Shown: positions 24,933 through 36,861 of the stretch, piece by piece
Layout: each line of letters starts with the position of its first letter
Numbering within the stretch: position 1 is the first letter of the stretch
Assembly: GCA_001642005.1 (NCBI GenBank)
Contig: LWCA01000227.1
Span: forward strand, 1 to 38,483
Direction of reading: 5' to 3'
Length of the DNA stretch: 38,483 nt
Source of the DNA: Intoshia linei
Lineage: Eukaryota; Animalia; Orthonectida
Position numbers and translations under genes: made by a program
Notes under the pieces: generated by a model
Databases searched by the model: none
What the model was told of the DNA's origin: nothing
Seen by the model: only the letters and a program-made list of their open reading frames with translations

Positions 24933-26940
24933 ATGGATCCAACTCCAAACAAATTTAAATTCAATCCATTCTATATGGCAGCTTGTGGAGGTAATTTATA
25001 CTTGGCTGTATATAAAAAATTGATAAATTGAGAATACAGTCAGGCCTATCAATACTGCCATTTTGGTTTTTCGATATTTATGACGGCATGGAGAGTAAGG
25101 CGTTATAGAGAATATAACGGTGTACTGATATATATCATGAATACGGTTACTATGTAATATAAATAAGCAGTCATATTTTATGATTCATATAGTAAAATAA
25201 TAATAGAATGAAGTCATTTATTCAACAAATGCGTTTTAAATGTAAATAATTTGTAAATAAATTTAAATGTATTGTATTTGTTTGTAAATTTAATTATGGT
25301 TGGGTAAGTTATAGTTAAAATTAGATTAATAATTTCTATAATAATAGTTTATATTAAAATATTAATGATTTTAAATTAAGGGTCTAACTCATTTTAATCA
25401 ATTTTTTTTAAAATATTTTAAAATTGAAATAGTAGCGATATTGAGAAGGCTGACTGTACAGTGGACATGTAAAGTCAAAAATATATTTGATTAGTTTAGT
25501 GTTTTCTAATTATATTTTTAATCATTTTGATAGTTGCACGTCATTTTTTAAAACGGTGATATTACTTATTTTTATTGTTATAATTATACAACTTTTCAAC
25601 TATTTCTAATAAATCAGTTAAAATCTATTTTTGCCAAGCTTTTAAAGATGACTTTGAACATGTTTGAAAAATCAATATTTAGTCTATAATTGAACAAATT
25701 ATTAGATATATTTAATTAAACATGTTACAGAACTTTATTATAAAAAGTGCAAATAAAAATTTAAAGAGAATCAGAACCTTTTTTAATCCAAATTACTTGT
25801 ACATTTATTGAGATTAATACAACTAATGTCAACATTTAACGAATTTTGGAAACATTTCAAATTTAACATTTAAATTTATTTATTTGTTTACATTTATGTC
25901 ATTTACATAAAATATAGTTTTATATAGATTTTATAATTTTGGCGAGCTTATCCTGGGAGCAGACCGTTGATAGGGTTTAATGTAGCAGTTCCCAAATGGG
26001 GTACTGGGATCCTTAAGTGCAGAGCCGTTTTAAGGCATGGGCAATATGGGCTGTAGCCCAGGGCCACTCATTAAAAAAGGCTATAAATTAATAAAAGTAC
26101 TTTACATTTATATCTTAAAAAGAGGCCCCTAATTTATTAAAAAATACTTAACATTTATATCTTAAGAATCAGTTTATAAGTTTTGAAGTGTGGGAGTTCA
26201 AATAGCTAGAAAGAAAATAGTTTAAAGAATCAAAGTTCTGGTATTTATTCAATTCAAAATATATTCTACAATGTTCAACTTATAATAATAATAAAACGTC
26301 AAGATAAATTGCATTTGTGGAGGGTAAATATTATCCGATTTCAATTTTTTGTTAATAAATTTTAAAACGAAAAAGGCATTGACGTTTAAATGGCTTTTTC
26401 TAATAAAAAAAAAGTGGATACCCAACGACGGACCCTAATCATTAGGGTACTAATTCTAATCTAATAGGGAATGTTCATACCAATCAGTGATGTGGAAATA
26501 CCCAACTGTCACATAATATTTTACATAATAATAATGATAGTTAAAAAATGTATTTTAATAATAACCTATGTGGATCCATTCATCAAGTTTTACTTATTTA
26601 TCATTTTGTTAATTAAAAAGTGGACCATGGCCATTTAGAGGTCAGATCAATGAATGGATAAAGGCCAATTCTTTTTATTTTGATTTGGCCTTTTTCATTG
26701 TAAATGTTTCACTGTCCTGTCTAAGAGCCCATGAGTATTTTAAATGTATTTGTATATATATTTGTTTTAGGTTCATTTTTAACAGCTGGAGCTTTAGGTA
26801 AAGGCATTTACTCTTTTATTAAAAAAGATTCGGCCCAGCAAAGCAAATTTATGATGCTGAGATGTGGTCTGCAGTTTATGGCTCTCAGTCTTTTGACTTG
26901 TTCCTATTTTTACAAAAAGAGTAGTATGAAACATAAATAA
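24933..26940 (+). CDS. HIG1-domain family protein (HIGD2A/Rcf1-like), 2 exons, 75 aa
   Basis: Exon 24933-24990 (MDPTPNKFKFNPFYMAACG) joins in phase 1 to 26771-26940 (GSFLTAGALGKGIYSFIKKDSAQQSKFMMLRCGLQFMAL...), matching the HIG1 NP..TM-GLYSF..MMRxRxxxQ-TM pattern. Confidence 0.85.
25037..25456. mobile_element. pogo/Tigger-like MITE in the HIG1 intron
   Basis: TA|CAGTCAGGCCTATCAATA ... TATTGAGAAGGCTGACTG|TA. Confidence 0.72.
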
Positions 26941-26996
26941 TAATAAATAAAAAATTATTAATTTATTATTATGTGTTGATCATGAACTTATTTTAA

Positions 26997-27330
26997 TCCT
27001 TTACTTATATAAAATTGAATGTCTGAAATTTACATGTGTGTTACCGTATATTTGAAAAATTGACAGTCGTATAATTTAATGAAACTCAACTTCTAGTGTA
27101 GTTTTTCCCAGAACGTGTTTATATCTATTGTTCAGTTTCAGAATTTGAATAAGTGAGGGTCAAAAACACAATTTTCCCTTTTGTTTAAGAATAAAATCAG
27201 GCCAAAATTTTAATAATACATCCTATAACGCGTTTTAAAATCATTAACATTGTAGTAAATCTCAGCCTCAGAAACGCATACCTATATGGTCAAAATCACA
27301 AATTACCATTTATTTTAAAAATGTGCTAAA
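26997..27330 (+). mobile_element. Helitron-like 5' module
   Basis: A|TCCTTTACTTATATAAAATTGAATGTCTG...GTGTTACCG; homologous in reverse to the 5' parts of copies A and D, and directly to about 13960-14330 and 17750-17890. Confidence 0.65.
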
Positions 27331-28624
27331 ATTTTATTCTATTTATTTTAAAGTAGTAATGAAGAAAATGTTAATAATTTATAATTATAATTCAAATTAT
27401 TAATTCTACTCATGCTTAGTTGAAATAGCATTGTTCATCAAAGTGTTAACTTTTTGATCGAATTTTAGATATTAAAAAAATACAGGGCCGTATTTTTATA
27501 GCATCTTAATATTATTATTATTATTAATTATTAATATTATTACAAAAACATCGGCCTGTGCGTTTACAGGATATAACTAATTTTATGTTAAAAAAAGGAT
27601 ACATTGGGTTTTTGACATATTTAAATGGTTATTATAATTATTGACAGATATTGATAGTTATAGTTCATCAACATTTTTGAGAAAAAATTATGACCATTAT
27701 TTTAACTTATCGTCTCAGCCAGATATCTACAGTCGTAGTTACAACTTTTATCGTTGTGGACTCCACAATGTGGAGCCATTTTCTCATTTTATTTCATATT
27801 CAGCTAAATTCTCATGGACATATACAATAATGAAAAACAATAATTTGTGAAATATTGCTCCACTCTTATCCAAATATTACTTACTGTACTAGTGGATAGA
27901 TCAGTTTTTCCCAACCTTTTAAGTGTTATGCCCCACTTTTATCCTTACGAAATTTCCATGCCCCACCATAATTTGTAACAAATATTTCCATAGTAGTGTC
28001 CTAACAGATTTTTTTATGCATATATGATTTGTTTCATACAAAATGAATTAATATGATTTTTGAGTTTGGTGTTTTTTGCAAAAATTTTCTATTTGAAGTA
28101 CCATTTTTGTAATCTTTAAACGCAGAACTCCTCTTTTGATTATGTCCAATTCGCTGATATTAAAATTTAAAAAAACTATTTTATTACACCTAAAGCAGTG
28201 CTTCCCAAAGGGGTCCACGGCTAAAGTAATATATTATTTCAGGAATTAATTTAATATTATTATGGAGAAAATACTACTAAATTCAAATTCTAAAGAGTAA
28301 ATGGAAATTTATTAATCGTTAAGGGAAATATCCACTTAGTAAATTTTTTTTGAAAATTGCGTTTTTTCCGTACCTGACAAGAAAAAATATTCCCTAAAGC
28401 TTAGGACCAAAGTAACGTTTCAATGTCAAAGTAAATTTTGTGCGGCCGTAGTATCAATGGGTAAAGTAGTTTTGCGGCTGAATTGGTGGAAAGGTTGTGC
28501 ACCCTGTATTAATGAAGCTTGATTCTTGTTTAAAATTTTTTTGATGTACTATTTATTAGTCTATTAACTTTACAATTATTAATAACATTAAACTATATTA
28601 ATTTAACTTGACTGAGCGAGAGAA

Positions 28625-29271
28625 TTAAAAATGACCATGATATGGAGGTTGGTAAAAGTTTCCAAAATATCCAAAATCGTTGAAATCAGGAAAAGTCCAA
28701 TGGTTGACTGGATATTCAAGAGGGTATCCATCAAATAAATTTCCATGGGCATAATGACCAAAATTTCCATGATCGGCTAAATCTCCGTGGTTATCAAAAT
28801 GATTAAAATCGTGATGATTATGTCCATGCATTCCATGGTGGCCGTGGCGTCCATGATGACCGAGGCTTCCATGATGACCGAGGCTTCCATGATGACCGTG
28901 GAGTCCAAGGTTACCATGATGTCCAAGATGACCATCATCACCGAAGTGTCCGCGATGACCATGGTGTCCTTGATGACCGTGGAGTCCGTGATGTCCATGG
29001 AATCCGTGGTGTCCATGATTGCCGTGATGGGCATGGTGTCCATGTCTACCAAAATGAATTTCATCACCGAAATGGTCGTCATCACCAAAGTGTCCGTGGT
29101 GTCTGCTCATTCCGTGATGTCCATGATGCCCGTAACCGTGCATTCCGTGGTGTCCATGATTTCCGTGATCGTGGAAGGCTATAGAATCTGATAAATATTG
29201 AAAGTTTAATAATTACCTTGCGACGTAACAAATAGCAAAAAGAATGTTGCAAATACAATAGATAAATTCAT
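28625..29271 (-). CDS. Secreted histidine/glycine-rich Gly-X-Y repeat protein, 205 aa, 2 exons
   Basis: Exon 29271-29217 encodes signal-like MNLSIVFATFFLLFVTSQ; 29-nt GT..CAG intron 29216-29188; exon 29187-28625 continues in frame (DSIAFHDHGNHGHHG...PPYHGHF*). Confidence 0.88.
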
Positions 29272-29729
29272 GTTGAAATAATTGTAAATGGTGATAAAAA
29301 ATATTTTTGAAAATTTGAAACAATTTAGAAATCAAATGTCGTAAAATGACCAGAAAATATATTAAACATCAATTAGTTCATCAACAATTGATGTTTGTTA
29401 TGTTTAGAATATTATTAATCTACATGTACAATTATTATCTTGTTTAAACGATCTATATACTTAGGTTATGTTTAATATTTTGTAAATGCATGATTGTCAA
29501 GTAGCACAGATTTAACAAGCATGTACTATGTAAACATTACCATTTTTATTTGAATAAAAAGGAAAATTATTACGTTTAGATAAAAGATTATTAATAATTC
29601 AACTTTCATTAAAAACTAATCCATTTACAATATTCAATTGTAAATGGATACTTAATTGATTTAAATCATACAAATCGAAAACGTAGCCGGACATGATAAA
29701 AAATTAGTTTATTTATTTACAAAAATAAT

Positions 29730-31252
29730 TTAATGGGTTTTTTTTTGTTTAGATTTTGGTCCCCAATTAGGTAACGGATTATGTTGCCATCTAAGTAATT
29801 TTTTTTCTTGAGAAACTGGTACAACCTTTGGATGTATATTGAAATTAATAGAATCAATGGGAACGTTGAATTTGGAATTTAAAATAATTTTCATAAAATT
29901 AAATTTCGGCAAATCAATATTTTTTGACGTGACATCATTTTCAAGTAATAATTTCTTCATCATTGTCCAAATAAAAAAAAAGGGAGCATCTGTTTTAATA
30001 GATTCCGGACACGCATGAAAAAGAGAGACATGATATCCAGCATTTAAAATGCAAGAATTTAAAAATTTAATGGGAATAGATGCAAGTTTTGTCTTTGAAA
30101 AAATATCCCTAATGGTAAAATAGAATGGACAGTTTTGTAATTCTTCTGAAACAAGAGACAATGTACCGTAAATCCGTTTTAAAGTACGATATGGATTATC
30201 TTCATCCAATTCCTCAACAAATTTCAATAAACCTGAAACAAACTCATAATTATGAATTTTATCATTCCAAATTGGACCCCATAGTTTTTTACGTCCTCCA
30301 CAAATCAAACAGTTTTCATTTATATTAACAATTGACGGTCTGTATTTGTTTTTAATTTGATTTTCAGGTTTAACATTTTTTCTGAGGGATTTATTTGACA
30401 CGTCCAATGACACGAGAGGGATAAATTCAAAAGAATGGCATTGTACACAACTCACGACACGTGATAATTTTAATATTGATTTTTTTACCTTTTGTGCACC
30501 GTGATGAATTTTAACAAAAACTCTAACATAAAAATCTACACTTATTGATAATAACGGTTCAATAAACTTTCCATATCTATTGGCATGATTGTTGATACTT
30601 TGTAAAAGTATTCTAAGGCAAGATTCATTGAAATATGGAGTTTTGTGTGACACAGAACCGTAGTACGCATAGCATGTTTCCGGCGTATTGCCTACCAAAA
30701 CACTAGTGTCCGTGCACGTAACACAAATCAAACCGCCGTCAGATATTGATTGGACCGCTGAATCGAGAAATGGTGCAGCAGTTCCATATGGATCCAAATC
30801 TATTACATCAAAGGTATTTATATTTTGAAGCATTACCAATTTTGCGTCATTTATTGAAATTTTTACTCGGTCAGAGACATCATTTCTATCAATGTTTTTC
30901 TGAATTGTATCTTTTACGTGTGGGGATATATCATTAACTATAATTTCATCAATTTCGTTTATTTCTGTCGCATATCTTATCCCTCGTAAACCTAAATGTT
31001 AAAATTGTTTTTTAGAAAATTTGAGTAAATGATTAACGTTTTACCTGTAGCGCTCATTGCATCCAGTAATTTGATTTTTTTATCGTGATTATTCGAATTA
31101 TTCTTTTTTTTATTTGTTATAAAATTTTTTATAATTAATGAACTTATATCACGGTTAAATTCCTGTACAGGATTGTAGAATGCACCATTACATAGTTCAA
31201 TACAAGAATTTCCTTCTTTTATTATATTATTGGCATCTTTATCAAAAGGCAT
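29730..31252 (-). CDS. TRMT1: tRNA (guanine-26-N2)-dimethyltransferase Trm1, 2 exons
   Basis: FYNPVQEFNRDIS, LDAMSATG|LRGIRY (intron 30992-31044), FDVIDLDPYGTAAPFLDSAVQ, LSISVDFYVRVFV, GPIW, SIKTDAP, NWGPK. Confidence 0.97.
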
Positions 31253-32166
31253 TTTAATGTTTTTCAATTTTGAACGTTTGATAATTTGAATAAAATTAGG
31301 TTTATATTGAACTGTTATGATAATTTAACATGCTTTCAAAATTAAAATTTATTCAATTATTTTATATTTCTGTCAAAGATTTGTAAGGCTTTCAAAGTTT
31401 TAAAAAAAGTTATATGCAAACACAGACTATCAATTTTAAAAGTATTTTACAGTGCATTCTATTTACACAGATACTAAACCAGATTTTTTTAATTTAAATA
31501 TACTTTAAGATTACTCTATTTTTATAGAAATTATAAGGTGTTTCAATTTTCAGTGTACAAAAATTAATTCAAAAAGTTGAAAAATATTCAGGGATAATGT
31601 ACTAAAATTAATTTTCACCAGGAATTTATGCATTTCTGAAATTTAAATTATATAAATATTATTTTATTTTATATTTTTTTTTGTTGTTTTTAAATTTTTA
31701 TAACAAAGATATTAAAACAGGATATTTATATTTTTTGACCACGAGCACTTTCATTTCAGAGATTGAAATTTTTCAGTACACTATGAATATTGTTATGAAA
31801 AATTGTAAAATAGAGTGTTCTTTTTTATTATTATTATTAGGAAAATCCATTTTGCACGTGGATGCTTTTTTTGATTTTAAGCATTAATCCAAAATAAATG
31901 AAATCGGTTAATATTTACCCTCTCAAATGTAATTATTGAAATTCACCAAAAATGTTAAGATAAATGAAAAATATCACTTATCTTATGTATAATCAGCTTT
32001 AATTTTGTTTCTATGGATCATTATGTTGGTAATTCCTTTGATGGATTTACCACGCTTTGTGGATCATTTTGTTTTTGTTTTTTTTTAATTCATTTCTAGC
32101 TCATTTATGCTCATACGCGCAAAATTAAACGGTATTGAGAAAAGAAAAATACATAATGAAAACAAG

Positions 32167-33881
32167 TCAATGTTTATCTTTATTTTTACGTATATCAAAT
32201 GTTTTAGCAATAATAATTGTTACTGCCATGAGACCAAAAGCTAGTGGAAATCCATGTAGCAAGGAAACACTGTTTTTAATCAATGAGTGACTTAGCGGTA
32301 TGCCTTCATATACCCAAACATAGTTTCTAAATATTAAAATTACATATTGAATGATGGTAAATACCATATACAACAGTGGTTATCAACTTATTTGTTCTCA
32401 TTCCCCCTTGATTAATTTAATATATTTTTTCAGACCCTCCATTATGTATTAGAAATACATGTATATTAAAATTAGAATAGTATTTACAACCCTGATTAAT
32501 GAGAATTTTGAGATTTGTTTTTGTTGATTCCAAAATACAAGTTTGAGTAGAAGAAAGAGCACTATGTAAATCGTATTCAACGTTTAATCTGCTTATTTTA
32601 TTATTTTGTATATCTAAAAGACGTGATAGTCCACATTCACATAAGTACGTTGATACTAAATATTACAAATTCTAATAGCTTGTCCTCCATGCTTAGAGTA
32701 TGAATTACACATCTTTGACCAACATTTTGTTATTTATTCTTCAGCATATACATCTTTCGCACCCACATCATTAATTTATTTTTTAATGAATTAATCTGAA
32801 TTTTCAATTTCCCCGTTCAAATAGTAAAATTATCCTTATTGAAAACCACTGATATACAAGGTATGTAATGTTTCCAACCAGTTATTGATACTGTGGAACG
32901 AAACTGTTAATTGAATACCACCACAGTAAAATCTCAAAAAGTGACCACTTTTTTGGGCAACTGATTACTTTTAAGATCACGATTTTTAGTTGTGGTATTT
33001 ATTAAACTAATTACTTGATATTTAACAATAAAATGGACGAAATATATGATTAATAAATAAATCTACGAATATTATTTATTAACTCAATCCAGAAAATATA
33101 TTAGAAATAAGATGCTATTTGTAATACACGTACAATGTACGTCATACATGTATATTTAGTTATTTATATACGTATTAACACGTATATTTATTCATTTATA
33201 TACGTATTAACACAGTGGTTTTCAACCGGGGGTCGCGAATTTATCAGGGGGTCGTGAGAATTTAAACACAGTATAAAATATAAATAAAACTGAATATGCT
33301 TTTTTAATATTTTCATTTATGTAAATTGATAAGATGTTTGGAGTATATAGAAAATTTTTGGGTCGCGAAAATTTTTAATGTTTATAAGAGAGTCGCAAAC
33401 ACAAAAAGGTTGAAAACCACTGTATTAACACGTATATTTATTCTTACAAATATAATATGCTATGCAGTATTTGTAAGTGTGTTACTATTTATTTCAATAA
33501 CTAACAGTCTTAGAATTTTATAAAGTCCATATTTCAATTACAGTTTTTTTAAGGGGGGTTATAGTTATATAAGTAAGGATACTGTCTAATAAATTAAAAA
33601 AATGTGCCGTGTCATGATATAATGTATATTATACTAAATTCGCTAAAATGTTTTAAAAATTATATTCTATCATTCGCCGAAAATTTTGAATTCCCGATTT
33701 GCGACAGCGAATAATGGGCCTCACTGTATTTACGTAATAAAAAATTAAAATACCTTAACCATGGATCTCGCAAACCTAGAGCTTTAAGTTTTTGATGTGT
33801 ATCCCAAAGTTTTGGAGCATCTTGAAGTTTCCAAGATTTGATATCTGGTGGCCAATTGTGACAGTACCAATCACCGCCCAT
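32167..33881 (-). CDS. NDUFB3: NADH:ubiquinone oxidoreductase subunit B3 (B12), 2 exons, 95 aa
   Basis: Exon 33881-33754 (PDIKSWKL...QKLKALGLRDPWLR) joins 32326-32167 (NYVWVY...GFPLAFGLMAVTIII); GLRDPWxRNxxWxY signature plus one TM helix. Confidence 0.92.
32374..32851. mobile_element. hAT (Charlie/Buster-type) MITE, 478 bp, in the NDUFB3 intron
   Basis: TIRs CAGTGGTTATCAA / TTGAAAACCACTG; perfect 8-bp TSD ATATACAA. Confidence 0.9.
33213..33422. mobile_element. hAT (Charlie/Buster-type) MITE, 210 bp, in the NDUFB3 intron
   Basis: Perfect 15-bp TIRs CAGTGGTTTTCAACC / GGTTGAAAACCACTG; perfect 8-bp TSD TATTAACA; internal GGTCGCG repeats. Confidence 0.93.
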
Positions 33882-34395
33882 AATATTTAATTTTTATTAG
33901 AATATTTTAAATAAAAATAAACAACAATTCTTATTACACTTAAATTTTATTGTATCAATGGCATTTTTTATTTGGACAATATTATGACATACGAGCACGT
34001 GTCGTGGGCAAATAGTCTAGGTAGGCCGGGTATAAAATATTTATCTATTTATTCCAGTGGTGTAGCGTGACTTTTCTCACAAGGTATGCGGGAATGGTGC
34101 CTTGGTAACATTTTAAATTCAAATTCTATACTAAGCACCAATTATAATTTTTTATACCCATACCCATAACTAGTGCTTGCTCTTGTTAAAAATCTCGAGA
34201 AATTTAAATATTCTTAAATTTAAAATTATATTTGAAAATTTCCAAAAATGTAGTTTCTTATATGAATGCAAAAATAATCATTTTTATTGTTAATTTTCGC
34301 TAATAAATTTAAGCAAGTAAAAACAAAATTATTTTAGTTATTAAAATAATAAAAGAACATTAAATATTACGGTATTTACTTTCAAAATGTGTACA

Positions 34396-34494
34396 ATTCA
34401 TGAAACTACATACAACAGTATAATGAAGTGCGATGTTGATACCCGAAAAGATTTGTACGCTAATACCGTTTTGTCTGGTGAAACTACTATATTC
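34396..34494 (+). pseudogene. Isolated actin gene fragment (about residues 274-306)
   Basis: [33 protein letters not shown] vs canonical [33 protein letters not shown]; no other actin sequence seen nearby. Confidence 0.9.
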
Positions 34495-34600
34495 GTGAAT
34501 TTTTTAACTTTTGAACGTGAATTTATTTTTTTGTATAATAAAAATGTGCCCTCGCCAGAGCTAGGTGCTGTTTGTACATAGTACATAACAATCAACCTAG
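34495..34600 (+). mobile_element. Helitron-like 3' end, copy G, abutting the actin fragment
   Basis: Reverse complement of the start of copies B, C and E; ends in the hairpin plus CAAC-CTAG|T. Confidence 0.78.
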
Positions 34601-35029
34601 TCTTAAACAGTTGAGTATTCAATTTATTTTTTATGTAGAATAAACATTTTTACTAAATTACTATCAAATCCTGTGTAAATATTTATGTTGTTGTGTAGAA
34701 TTTATAATTACACTTTTAATGCCTTATAAAAAAATTATTCTTAAAAAACATTTTTCTTGTACACCTCTATCGGGTGAAACGCATCCGTTATCCTCTCCTC
34801 TATTTAAAAATAAACGGAAAAATGTATTTCTTTCACTGTCTCTGTATAAGTATTTGTATTGTCAGCCTAGTATTTGTATAAATAGTACAATGTCAATACG
34901 ATATTATAATTATACTGTGTATCGTATTATTACATACATCATAATTATTATAAATTTATAATATTGTCTAACAAAAAATGTTTATAAATACAAAAATAAT
35001 TATATAATTTTATTATATTTAATATCTTA

Positions 35030-35490
35030 TGCATATTATGCTTATGCACTTCAAAAAATGTATCACCATGTATATTGAAAAACATTATTTTCTGATATGG
35101 TCCACCTTCCACAATTCACTTTGACTGTGCAAAACAATTTGAAGACAAAATTATATAGGAATTATGTAAAATGTTTAGTATAACAAAAAATTATTGAAAA
35201 CCTGTTAACATAACGAGAATGGTGTTCTAGAGCGTTTTAATCGTACGATCCGTGAACGTTTCAAAATTTTATCGAATTCTGGTAATAATTGGGATGAAAT
35301 CCTTGTATATGTGTTAATAAGTTTAATATCAACCATATATGTTAAAAACGGAGTTACCCTTCGGATACAGTAATAGGATCTAATATGTATGATTCAACTT
35401 ATCAAAATCGTATTGATTTATTAACAAACATTAAAAATACAATCACTAAATATATTGCTCGTATGAAACAAAATTATGATAGGTCAGTAC
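35030..35490 (+). mobile_element. Degenerate Ty3/Gypsy integrase core
   Basis: YGPPSTIHFDCAKQFEDKII*ELCKMFSITK, then after a frameshift NGVLERFNRTIRE...NWDEIL, later GVT and MKQNYDR; contains stops and frameshifts. Confidence 0.85.
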
Positions 35491-35781
35491 AAAAAAGCAA
35501 TTATTATCACAATCAAAATTACTCTGCAGTTGTTCCAATAACCTCAAAAGAAAACAACCTTTTCAAACGCAAAATTAAATTACCATAAGAATTTCAGGAT
35601 TTTGATATGGTTTGACGGCGGAGGTCTAATGAAGTGTAGTTAATTGTGTATTGTTATATATTATTTTATTCAATCATTACAAACTCAATTTATTAAAGGG
35701 TTAAAGAATTGATAAAACTTAAAACAGAAAATATTCTTATAAAGCTGTTTATTACATAAAATACATTGTTTGTTCAAAGTA

Positions 35782-36550
35782 TCATAATTCTGTTGTCAAT
35801 GCTTTTTCCGTTGCTGGCACTAGAGATGGTTTATTTCGGATGTAAAACATGAATAAAAAATTGATAATCAATATAAATAATCCAATAATGGCAGATACTA
35901 CTGCAGATGCATAGCTAATGTATAAATAACTTATATCTTGATTTGGCATCCACGTCGTTACATTGTTTGCGTATATTCCAAACAAAAAAATTGCCAATAG
36001 ATTGAATAATACTAAACATGGATTTTAATTTTATCTTGAATTTATTGGTGTTGTTTTAAGTTTAACAATCAAAATTACCCGATATTGCATTTAGCAATTG
36101 AATACTAAATAAATATTGATACATTGAAGATATTGTTCCTTTCAGAGCACTATTCCTAGAGATACTTAAAAGGACGATGCAAATAATATCCAAAATTATT
36201 GAAATTGTTGACGATATCTGAACTATGACAAACCAGGCTAAAAAAATAAAAATAATTGGATATATTTTACTCATACGTGGAAACATAGTTTTACGTAAAC
36301 GCCAAAAATATGTTGTAAATATCCACCAACACCCATAGTATGATTGCATGTTTTCATCCCTTTTTAGAGATAAACCATCAAAGCAAACTGTCCACAACCC
36401 GATTCTTTTGAAAGGCGTATGAAATCTAGGCCAGCTTATTAACCAGTACGGTGTACAAAAAGCTCCAAAATTGAAAAGAAATGATAATATTGATAACACA
36501 AGCGTTAGCTTATAAAAATATATGTGCGTTCGATCGATATCAAACTTCAT
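35782..36550 (-). CDS. Claudin/PMP22 superfamily tetraspan protein (pickel/Megatrachea-like), 3 exons
   Basis: AFCTPYW, GLWTVC...GCWW extracellular signature, PPWFVIVQ, WMPNQDISYLYISY; four hydrophobic segments; two short introns; C-terminal TEL resembles a PDZ-binding tail. Confidence 0.88.
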
Positions 36551-36861
36551 TTAGTTAATTAACGCTTCATTGATTTATCCCATAGACACAATATTGTATG
36601 AATTTTTTAAACTTTCTAATCATACCATGCGTAATTGTAGTATCAATTTAAAATGTATTTATTAAAAATGGAATTTAATGGGAAACATGATTGGCTAATC
36701 CAGAGATTCACTGTTCTGATTCACACTTTATAGAGCAGTGGTTCCAGATTCAAATAGACTACGGACCCCCATTTCAAAATATTTATTTTTTTGGACCCCA
36801 AAGGAAACATGAAATGTATAACATACTTGAGCTCCAGGTAATGTTGGACTTTGTAGAATAA

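Noticed and set aside
28787-29191. 134-aa Met/Val/Ser/Thr-rich ORF on + and the 103-aa alternative-frame ORF on -
   Set aside because: By-products of the CAT/CAC/GGA codon repeats of the His-rich gene; only the His/Gly frame connects to a signal-peptide exon.
9003-31252. Alternative genetic code or non-canonical splicing
   Set aside because: The conserved genes traced assemble with GT-AG introns and no in-frame stops under the standard code.
34387-34581. 65-codon ORF as a functional actin gene or exon
   Set aside because: No other actin exons or suitable splice context, a damaging substitution in LSGG, and the distal half is Helitron sequence.
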